NCBI RefSeq assembly: GCF_001194135.2
Contig: NC_069008.1
Coordinates: forward strand, 4,402,597 to 4,447,022
Direction: 5' to 3'
Length of the DNA stretch: 44,426 nt
Source: Octopus bimaculoides
Taxonomy: Eukaryota
A program made the position numbers and the translations under genes. The notes under the pieces are model-generated. The model saw nothing but the letters and a program-made list of their open reading frames with translations, searched no databases and had not been told where the DNA came from. This document shows, piece after piece, positions 34,945 to 44,426 of this stretch. The first letter of the stretch is position 1. Every line of letters begins with the position of its first letter.

Positions 34945-37285
34945 TGATTATTGTGATGTCATAGTTGAGAAATGTGTACATGTGGATGATGGTGCACTTG
35001 CTTTTAATGAGTCTGCAAAGAAAGAGGCTTGGAGATGACATTATGAAAGACTGCTGAACGTGGAGAATGAATGGGAGGAGAAGAGGCTGCCAAATGTTGA
35101 CCCAACTCAGGGACCAACTGCCTGAATTGACAGTACCCTGGTAGATAAAGCAATTAAGGATATGAAGACAGGAAAATCCCCCGGTCCACCAGGAATTATC
35201 GCTGAGATGCTTGAAATATCTGGTGATGCGTGTTATGGTCTAGTCACCTGTATTGTAAATCAGGTGGTTCATGAAAGAGTCATATCCAATGACTGGTGTA
35301 ACAGCACCATAGTCAGCTGCTACAAAGGTAAAGATGATGCCTTAGATACAAATAATTACAGAGGAATCAAATTGTTGGATCAGGTGATGAAAGTTGCAGA
35401 GAGAGTCATAGCCCAACTAATCAGGAAGAGAGTTAGTCTAGATGAGATGCAGTTTGGGTTTGTGCCAGGTAGAAGCACCACTGATGCTATATTTCTGGTA
35501 AGGCAGCTGCAGGAGAAATACATAGCCTAAAATAAACCTCTGTATTTGGCTTTTGTTGACTTGGAGAAAGCTTTTGACATGGTTCCCCAATCCATTATCT
35601 GGTGGTCAATGTTGAAACTTGGGATAGACAAGTGGTTGGTGAGAGTTGTACAAGCCTTGTACAGGGACGCTATCAGTAAGGTGAGGGTGGGCAACGAGTA
35701 TAGCAAAGAATTCAAGGTACAAATAGGGGTTTACCAAAGATTGGTGCTCAGCACCCCCTCCTGTTCATCATAGTCCTCCAGGCAATAACAGAGGAATTCA
35801 AGACAGGCTGTCCTTGAGAGCTCCTCTGTGCTGATGACCTTGCTCTTATAGCTGAATCACTACCTGAGCTACAGAAGTTCTAGGTATGGAAACAAGGTCT
35901 AGAATAAAAGGGCCTTAGAGTTAACCTAGCAAAAACCAAAGTCATAGTAAGTAGGAAGGCAGACAAATCACAACTCCCCTCAGGTAGATGGCCCTACTCA
36001 ATCTGTAGAAAAGGTGTAGGTAGAAACTCCAGAAGATGCACCCAGTATAAGCTTTGGACACACAAAAGGTGCAGCAACATCAAAGGAAGGTTAACAGAGA
36101 AACTATCTTTTGAATGTGGAAGGTGCACAGGCATAATAAATGCTGAACATGTGCAGAAAATAGACTCCATCAACTGCCAGGGGAACAAGCTAGAGGTAGT
36201 AGATAGCTTCTGGTATCTAGGCGACCAGGCTAGTGGTAGAGGTGGATGTTCCAAAAGTGTGGTTGTGAGAGTAAGATTAGGTTGGGCAAAGTTCAGAGAG
36301 CTCCTATCTCTGCTGGCAATAAAGGTCCTTTCTCTCAGAGCAAAAGGCAGATTGTTTGATGCCTGTGTGTGAACAGCTATGCTGCATGTCAGTGAGACAT
36401 GGGCTATAACAGCTGAGGACATGTGTAGGCTAAAAAGAAATGAAGCCAGTATGCTTTGCTGGATGTGCAATGTCAGTGTGCCTGTTTGACAGAGTGTAAG
36501 CATCTTGAGAGAAAAGCTAAGCATAAGAGGAATCAGATGTAGTGTGCAAGAGAGGTGACTGTGCTGGTATTGTCATGTGATGCGTATGGACAAGGACAGC
36601 TGTGTAAAGAAGTGCTGATCTCTAATTGTGGAGGGAACCTGTGGTAGAGGTAGATCCAGGAAGACATGGGACAAGGTAGTGAAGCATGATCTTCGAACTT
36701 TGAACCTCACTGAGGCAATGACTAGTGACTGAGACTTTTGAGGATGTACTCTGCTTAAGAGAACCCGTCAAGCCAAGCACTGGTGGCACATAAGAAAATC
36801 AACCTTGAATGCTGGGCCTCATGGAAGCAAGGTAGTCAAGTTCCTCTCAAGCGTTGGGCCTCATGGAGGCAAGTGGCTGAATTCCTTTTGAGTGTTGGGC
36901 CTCATGGAGGCAAGATGGCTGAGTTCCTTTTGAGTGTTTGGCCCCATGGGGGTAAAGTGGCGAAGTTCCTTTCAAGTGGTGGGCCTCATGGTGGCAATGA
37001 CCAAGACCTTTGGTATTATGTCGAGCTTGAGAAAAAGGCCCATCAAGCTGAGTAAAATTGCAGTCGTGACAGATACCAGTGTCATGCAAATAGTACTTGC
37101 ACTAGTAGCATGTAAAAACATCCATTACACTCTCGGAGTGGTTGGCATTAGGAAGGGTATCCAGCTGTGGAAAACTATGCCAAATCTGACTGGAGTCTGG
37201 CATAGCCTTCCAACATGCCAGCCCAGTCAAATCATCCAACCCATGCCAGCATGGACAACAGACATTAAATGATGAGGATGATGAT
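34945..37285 (+). mobile_element. 5'-truncated RTE LINE with complete 3' UTR (same family as 21488-23190)
   Basis: ORF pieces 35162-35530 (NYRGIKLLDQ...QFGFVPGRSTTDAIF), AFVDLEKAFD, LCADDL, YLGD, WAKFRELL. Ends ccaacccatgccagcatggacaacagacattaaatgatgaggatgatg. Confidence 0.95.
36808..37005 (+). repeat. ~42-bp tandem repeat (5 units) in the RTE 3' UTR
   Basis: gggcctcatggaggcaa...gttcctttt units. Confidence 0.9.
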
Positions 37286-39126
37286 TACACTGTCTCACAG
37301 AGATTAAACAATCTAACAGTAACATAACCTGTTACACACACATACCTACATTATATATTTAAAATATGTTTACTATGGATTTCTGGTAACATATGTGCAA
37401 TGATATACAATGACCAGCTGGAGTTAGCTGCACCATACCGACACATATGTGCCCCACTGACTTTGTTTCTTGACAACCTCCAGTCAAATAGATATTTTTT
37501 AATGAAATTTTCTACAAATATGCTTAAGTTGGTACAGTTTCCAATTATATCTGAATTTGTTGCAACAAAAATGTATTCGGAGGAGTAGGGAGGGGAGCTT
37601 TAGAAAATTCATGAGTTGGCTTTGTTTCCTCATAACTTTATGAAAAATTAGTATTTTTCAATGAAAATTTCAACAGATACTTTTCAGTGTGTGTAGATTA
37701 CGATTATATCAGAATTTAATATGAAAATAAAAACTGGTGGAATAGTACACATACATACTGACACAAATTGCATGTCTTTGAAAAATTTATTTAATTTTAG
37801 AAGCTCCGACAAAGTTATAAAGTGATGCACAATCACTTTAGACTGAAGAATATGTATACTGAGTTTTAACACCATGTTATTAGGATCGCTATGCCTTAGT
37901 GAAGCTTAAAATATATGTATAAATATTTTAACTATTGAAATCTTTTCTGCTTTCAGTGGCAATTGAAACCAACTCCGAAAGAAAAGGGGAGGGAATTTTA
38001 AATATCAAGAATCTTTCAAAATTGACATGCAGTTAAAAAAAAATAGTCTAATAGTTTAGAGACAAGAGGACAGCTGTGGACAAATGTTGATGCCACTTTG
38101 GCATGTGATCTACAATTTAAAGGGAGGTTACTTCAAGTTACTTTTTAGTTTACTTTGTGTTAATGCTACTTTGCCGTGTGGTCTACATGAGCAAATTTAC
38201 TTTGGTGGGTGATCTATGTGATCGCCAAGGGAGATTGCTGTATTATATTGTTTATTCTTGGTTTCTTATTATTATTTAATAAGACATAAATGAAACATTG
38301 TTTTCTTATTATTAAAATAGTAAGAATTTTGAAAAAATATATTTACAATGCTAAGTATGTCCTACAGCAATCTCCCTTGGAGATCACACACCAATGTGTC
38401 ACCCACATGTTTTTTCTTCAATAGATGTCACCAGCACAGCAGTTGTTCTGTCTTGTCTCTAGTAGATGGAATAAGCAAAAAAAGAAAACACATTTATGGC
38501 CCAGGTAATATGTGTAATTTAAACAAAGAGAAGCTAAGAGCAATAACTCAGAGTGGTCAATGATATATATTGCAGACCTTGGAATGAGAAGGGAAGTCAC
38601 TAAGTTTGAACAGTGATGAAAGAACTTTGACTAACAAACAACTGAGTGATTGTTTAAGCAACACGTTAAACAAACAATTGATTAGTTGTTGGTTAGATAT
38701 TTAACCAACTGACTAACAATAAAGAAATGGAATTGAACCTGCGCATGTAGTGTTATTACTATTGGTATAAAGGCTCTCCCAAGACACAACAAAATGACAA
38801 ATAAAGATATATCAAATACCATACGGGACACATACTTCGTTCATTGAAATTTTCTCTTCTTCCAGAGTAAGAATAAATAATTGCATGGTTGTAATTAGGA
38901 ATGGCTTCAAATGGGGAAGGGATATAATCTTAGGACCAATAATCCTTCTAAACTGACATGCAATTCAGTAAAAGAAAAATTGCCTGGAGACGTGAACATG
39001 TGTTATTCCAACATCAGTACTGCAGTTGTCCTCCTTAGGATCTGTTAGAAGCATGAACATATTGACATACATAAATAGATAGATATTATACATAGATATA
39101 AACACACACACACAAATATATCTATA

Positions 39127-39159
<33 letters not shown>

Positions 39160-39182
39160 GTAATATGATAAAAAATAATAAA

Positions 39183-39430
39183 TGCGCCCTTTTAAAGCCT
39201 AGCCAGACTCAAGGGCCCGGTTTGCCGGTTTCAGTGGCGTATGTGTTACCCAGCTGGACGGAACGCCAGTCCATCGCAGCGTTACTCAGTTTTGCCAGCT
39301 GAGTGGACTGGAGTAATGTGAAATGAAGTGTTTTGCTCAAGAACACAACGCGTCGCCCAGTCCAGGAATTGAAACCACAATCTTACGATCATGGTGCTGA
39401 CACCCTAACCACTAAGCCATGTGCCTCCAC
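39183..39430 (-). mobile_element. tRNA-derived SINE family D
   Basis: Head gtggaggcacatggcttagtggttagggtg...ggtttcaattcctgg. Body gttcttgagcaaaacacttcatttcac...ccagtccactcagctg. Tail ...ggctaggctttaaaagggcg. Confidence 0.85.
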
Positions 39431-39770
39431 TTTGTAATATAATATGTGACAATTATTCGGTCAGCATAATNNNNNNNNNNNNNNNNNNNNNNNNNNNNNN
39501 NNNNNNNNNNGGATGTCAGGGTGGAAACCTGCTCCGGCATCTCGTCAGTTTCCGAAGCAATCAAAAAATGCTATGGATAACATTTTTTGATTGGATAGCA
39601 TTTTTTGGTTGCCTTGATAACTGACGAGATGCCGGAGCAGGTTTCCACCCTGACATCTGTAACTTGGAGTCTTATTATGGCAACCAAATAATTGTCACAT
39701 ATATTACAGATAAATTCCTCTATTTACATAATATCGAGGTCTCATTCATTCTTTTGTTGTCTTACCATTA
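39431..39770. mobile_element. Inverted pair of Penelope-type terminal repeat (pLTR) / retrozyme-like units
   Basis: 39512-39550 is an exact reverse complement of 39619-39657 (39 bp). 39431-39470 mirrors ~39673-39710. Ends ...cttaccatt next to (TA)n. Confidence 0.75.
39604..39688 (+). ncRNA. Type I hammerhead ribozyme motif, core-mutated (GAAA to GUAA)
   Basis: Stem I 39604-39620 / 39672-39688 (16 of 17 pairs). CUGACGA 39621-39627. Stem II GAUG/CAUC plus CAGG/CCUG. gtaac 39659-39663. GUC 39669-39671. Confidence 0.8.
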
Positions 39771-39773
39771 CTA

Positions 39774-39821
<48 letters not shown>

Positions 39822-40273
39822 AATAGGTAAATATCCATGGATGTAGATAGACAGACAGCTAGAATAGATATTAATATGTGCATGAAACACAGTTCTGTTT
39901 GTTAATGAATAACGATCAGCAAATGAAAGCATTTAATTCACAAGTGCATTGTTTTTGTACATAGTGACTTAACTGAATTTTGGCAGCATCATAGGTTTCA
40001 TCTTACTTCATTTGGGATAAACTAAGCATAATCACATTATTTATTGACTAGGTAGCATAAGATATTATCACCAAATATGGTCAATTGTAATTTAAGAAAA
40101 TTCATTGGCAAAAGTATTAGTCTTTAAATATTCCTAAGGATCTTAACAGTCTAAGGGACTTAACTTAGTTTTCTCTATATTTAAGTTACCACTCATACCT
40201 TAAATCTATACTTCTTCACAGTTAGAGCAAAACAACTGTCGCAAACTAAAAACCCATTCGTTTGTTCCTTACC

Positions 40274-40334
<61 letters not shown>

Positions 40335-40429
40335 GGAGAATGTTAATAACGACTGGTTTATATGATTATCCAGGCTTTTGCATCCATAAAGCTTTACACA
40401 AGTCTCATCAGCTCCTAATGGCCACCGGC

Positions 40430-40498
40430 CATTAGGGTCTGACGAGACGTGAGTAAAGTTAAGTGCTTTATGGACGCGAAACCCTGGTTAATCCTATG
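40430..40498 (+). ncRNA. Type I hammerhead-like motif in the 5' repeat of the Penelope-like element (second family)
   Basis: CUGACGA 40439-40445, G...C stem II, GAAAC 40478-40482, stem I cattagggt / atcctatg. The stem III / cleavage-site register is imperfect. Confidence 0.55.
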
Positions 40499-41559
40499 AA
40501 GCCGCCATAACTGAAATTCTCAAAATACTCTAATGCTCTATAACCTAAAGTGTGCTTCTTTTTCAAATTTATAATTTACTGACGATCCATTTCGCTCCCT
40601 GGTCAGAGTGTTTTGCAAAGACCATGTGGTTTGTGCTAAATAGATGTCTGGCAGGTCATGCGTCTACATATTTATGAAAGCCGTTTAGTCTCTCAAAAAT
40701 ATGGGATGATATGATCTTGAATACTCTACAAAGAACATTCAAATACCATCTAACAAGTTTTATACTAGAATGCTGCTGGAGAAAATGAACCTAATAAGGT
40801 GAATGTGATGGAAGGCCTTCCACTACAATCAAGTCACACTGTTCCCGAAAGCCAACACATATGGAATCAGACCTAGGAGGTACCCATCCAGGATTAAGGA
40901 CCTTGAAGCCTTTGAGGTAGACCTGCTGGGCATCATTCCTAGGCTACACTTCTGCAAGTCTTCTTGCTCCTTCCAATGTAAGCTCTGTACTGAGATCACT
41001 ACTAAAAAATTCCAACAGGTTCCTAATCTCAGACAAAACAGAAAAACCTATATTAGACACCCGTAGTTATAACAGACTGTTAAAAGACAACATCACACAG
41101 AACTATAGGTGTGTTTTGCTCCACACACACTACAACATCAACAGTGAAGCCAAACAGCCAACGACATAGGTATAGCAGATAGGGTAGAAATTTTAGCCAA
41201 AAGGAATGCCTTCCTCACTATCAAAGATTAGAAACCTAACTTTGCTTCAAATTCCAAGTGCTGCCTGATCAACCCAGTTAAATCTGAAATTGGCCTGGTT
41301 TGTCCTCCCACTTCTCCCTCAACATAAAAATGTGTGTGGATAGGATATTCCTTAGGCCAGTAGATAAGCACTTTGCACAATCACATAGGTACGGACACCT
41401 GTTCAATAGATACAACATAAGAGTCTCTTTTAGCTGCACCCTGTTACACCCCTATGGGACAAGTGGAGGCAGGATGCGCATGCAGGGATTATAGCACATG
41501 CCCATTGGGAGGCCAGTGTGAAACCAAGTGAGTCGTATATGAGGCTATGGTGGTATCTA

Positions 41560-42050
41560 ACCTTAATAATAGCAACAGCAACAGCAGTTTTTCCAGCAGT
41601 TACAGTGGTAGCAGAAATGCTATTATTATTTTTGATTGCCTTGATAACTGACGAGATGCTGGAGCAGGTTTCCACCCTGACATCTGAAACGTGGAGTCTT
41701 ATTATGGCAACCAAATAATTGTCACATATCAACACTAGATCAACACTATTATTAATAATAACAGCAGCAACTATAACAGAAATAGCAGCAACACCATCAT
41801 TAATGATAATGCTAATAATAATAACAGTAACCACCACCACCACCACCACCACTATAGTGTCGACAACAGCTACAACATCAACGATGGTTATAACAGCACC
41901 AACAGAGACAACAACAACAGTGCCAACACCAACTTCACGACTGATGATGTCCCCCATGCCAGCATTAATAATGCAAACACCAGCACCAACAATAACAAAA
42001 GTAGCAGCATCAGCAAGAACAGAAATAGCAATTCCAACAGCAGCATTTGG
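41560..42050. repeat. AAC/AGC/ACC-rich low-complexity expansion inside the GIY-YIG remnant
   Basis: Trinucleotide-like composition. Lies between the VVYEA and YIE(G) motifs. Confidence 0.8.
41631..41715 (+). ncRNA. Type I hammerhead ribozyme motif with all conserved core nucleotides present
   Basis: Stem I 41631-41647 / 41699-41715 (15 of 17 pairs). CUGACGA 41648-41654. Stem II GAUG 41655-41658 / CAUC 41681-41684 with distal CAGG/CCUG. One extra U at 41685. GAAAC 41686-41690. GUC 41696-41698. Confidence 0.85.
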
Positions 42051-42261
42051 AAATACATCGAATGTTCTGGAAATAACTTCAGGCAGCACCTCTCCAACCA
42101 CAGATTCTTTAGGATCCCGGAAATACATTATACTACACCCTTGGCCAGCCACCAGTAGGGGCTGAAGACAAAGGAACTCCACATGAGCATTTTAAATTCT
42201 AGGATGGAAATCTTCAGACTTTGTTTACACTTCAGGCAATTCCTACTGAAATCCTGGGTTT

Positions 42262-42510
42262 CCACCAGCTGGGTGGATTCCAGAGAGTGGTCTAAGAGAG
42301 ACAATTGCTTATGCTTGTCCTTTGTGTGTTCAAAAACTAACCACAAGGCCTTTTCCCCTCCAATTTGAAGAGAGGTTGTAAGACCACCAGCTGGATGGAT
42401 TCCAGAGAGTGGTCTAAGGGAGACAATTGCTTATGCTTGACCTTTCTTCTTTGTGTGTTCAAAAACTAACCACAAGGCCTTTTCTCCCTCCAATTTGAAG
42501 AGAGGTTATA
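42262..42510 (+). repeat. ~122-127-bp tandem duplication (x2) at the 3' end of the Penelope-like element
   Basis: ccaccagctgg...gagaggtt repeated from 42262 and 42384. Confidence 0.95.
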
Positions 42511-42558
42511 GGCTACCAACCATTAGGGTCTGACTAGATAGATATATGTAAAGCTAAG

Positions 42559-43342
42559 CGGTTTGGGTTTAAAAGTTCAAAGTAGACTAAACCTTTCATA
42601 CTCCACCGAACATAACAACACCTTACATGGGTGAAGACCTTCTTTAGCCTGGGGTATAGGTGTTTCTCCTTTTCCTACCCACTGTCTTAGGCACTAGACA
42701 TTTTTATAGAGAACCTATTTCTTGTCATCAGTCCCTATTTGGTCCAAAAAAGGTTCATTCATGAGGCGTGACAGCAAAAGAGATTATACATTCACTCCCT
42801 GCATGTGATTAGACTCAGAAAGTTTGTGAGGAACTCATTAACCCAATTTGCTGACTTTTTCGATGGATTTCAGATGTTGATGAATGGTTGAATGACCAAA
42901 TCCAAGCTTCTCTGCTAGTTCCTCAACAGTTATCATGGGGTTTTGTTCAACCAGGTTTTGCAGGACGTCCTTATTGAGCTCTACAGATCTTCCAGGATGA
43001 GGCTCGTCTTCTAGGCTGTAGTTTCTGGCTCAGAATTTCTGGAACCACCAATGACACTGGCTTACACTTATATTAATATTCTTTGCACTTTCCATTGCAT
43101 TGTTGCCTTTATTGAACTCATAAAGCAAAATTTGCCAAATATGGTCCTTTGTCACTTCCATTATAACTTTGAAAAAATAACTGTTAGAATCAAGCTACAC
43201 TCTTCAAAACTTGAACTAAGAATAAGTACAAGGTAAAATTACATGCTTTTCTAGAAAGTTGATGCAGGTAGTTTATCCCACCCCCTCTGACTTTTAGTTC
43301 ATGCAATTTAAAAAAACTGCATTATTTATGGGATGACCCATT
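42559..43342 (-). mobile_element. Mariner remnant, 5' half, same family as 3845-4745
   Basis: TIR gggtcatcccataaataatgc at ~43320-43341. HTH, KLG**VPHKLSE (WVPHEL) and DQIGTDDKK*VLYKN (first D). 3' half absent. Confidence 0.9.
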
Positions 43343-44269
43343 ATATTAAATATACAGTCCATAATATTTACAAAGGGCAGATTCTAAGACAGGTGAATGA
43401 GTAACAGTAGACATACAAGTATTTATTCCTTTATGACTGTTTCTAAGGACTCCTTTANNNNNNNNNNNNNNNNNNNNNNNNNNNNNNNNNNNNNNNNNNN
43501 NNNNNNNNNNNNNNNNNNNNNNNNNNNNNNNNNNNNNNNNNNNNNNNNNNNNNNNNNNNNNNNNNNNNNNNNNNNNNNNNNNNNNNNNNNNNNNNNNNNN
43601 NNNNNNNNNNNNNNNNNNNNNNNNNNNNNNNNNNNNNNNNNNNNNNNNNNNNNNNNNNNNNNNNNNNNNNNNNNNNNNNNNNNNNNNNNNNNNNNNNNNN
43701 NNNNNNNNNNNNNNNNNNNNNNNNNNNNNNNNNNNNNNNNNNNNNNNNNNNNNNNNNNNNNNNNNNNNNNNNNNNNNNNNNNNNNNNNNNNNNNNNNNNN
43801 NNNNNNNNNNNNNNNNNNNNNNNNNNNNNNNNNNNNNNNNNNNNNNNNNNNNNNNNNNNNNNNNNNNATATATATATATATATATAAAAGGTTGATAAAG
43901 AAAATGGAGAAGAAAAAATATAATAGATACTTGGATCATTTTATTTGTATCACAACGGAAAAGTAATGCAAAGTGAAAGTGATACCTATTAGAATAAAGA
44001 TAAAAGGAACCAGATCAACAAAACAACCCCAAAATATCCAAACTTTCTTTCAATATATTTTGCATCTGGATTGTTATTAACAATCCCATGTGAGAAAATT
44101 ACAACTTCAAATTGTGTGTGTGCATAAATATATATATATATGTACATGTAGATGAACGTATATACATGTATATGCATATACTCATATATTGTTTGTATCA
44201 CGACAGAATGCACGCGTTACCTTTATACAGTAAGTTTTAACTATTTTTCTAACGCGACTCTCTCTATTT

Positions 44270-44426
44270 CTATCTCCCCCTCTCATTCTTCCCTCTACTG
44301 TTCTTCGCCTCTACCTGTCACTACTTCTCTCTCTCTCTCTATCTCTTGTTACTCGTCCTTCGCCTCTCACCGTTACTACTACTATCTCTCTCTCTCTCTC
44401 TACCTCTCGTTGCTCACTTTTATTCT
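44270..44426. repeat. CT-rich low-complexity tract
   Basis: Visible directly in the sequence. Confidence 0.9.

Larger units (their letters stand above)
40345..42558 (+). mobile_element. Penelope-like retroelement (Naiad-like), RT core deleted, hammerhead-bearing repeats at both ends
   Basis: 40701-41302: YSTKNIQIPS...M*WKAF, DKT, NITQNY, INSEAK, AFLTIKD*KPNF...CCLINPVKSEIG. 41303-41440: FSLNIK...IFLRPVDKHF...LFNRYNIRVSFSC. ~41475-41560: CACRDYSTCPLGGQCETK*VVYEA. ~42052: KYIECSGNNFRQHLSNH. ccattagggtctgac repeated at 40429 and ~42519. Confidence 0.85.

Noticed and set aside
37380-37511. Kelch-like words (IYLTGG; RYGAANSSWS)
   Set aside because: They lie in different frames and there are no neighbouring Kelch repeats. 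Kept only as part of a candidate exon.
41719-42165. Thr-rich mucin-like ORF (and antisense 41430-42182)
   Set aside because: Explained by the low-complexity expansion inside the Penelope endonuclease remnant.
1980-43966. Long ORFs composed mainly of X (e.g. 1980-3011, 6950-8427, 19399-20575, 24485-25621, 43346-43966)
   Set aside because: They are open only because they cross N gaps.

Overview
Repeat-dense eukaryotic DNA with about ten assembly gaps, most likely from an octopus: this is inferred from the tRNA-derived SINE families, RTE LINEs with (GAT)n tails and abundant microsatellites, not from a database search. No intact host gene is recognisable; four in-phase candidate minus-strand exons suggest the window may be largely intronic. 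Mobile elements: one near-full-length RTE LINE (27465-31310, -); two 5'-truncated copies of a second RTE family whose 3' UTR is also scattered as many short copies; two decayed DD34D mariners; an internally deleted BED-finger hAT with an 8-bp TSD; TTAA- and 8-bp-TSD MITEs; at least four modular SINE types; and a ~104-bp tandem array. The most notable region is 39.4-42.6 kb. It holds a decayed Penelope-like element (Naiad-like) and two families of type I hammerhead ribozyme motifs. One copy (41631-41715) keeps CUGACGA, GAAA and a GUC site, and two pairs are arranged as back-to-back inverted repeats. Also noted: a ~175-bp near-perfect palindrome centred on the last bases of an RTE tail, and a partial HDV-like ribozyme signature at the 5' end of the full-length RTE.
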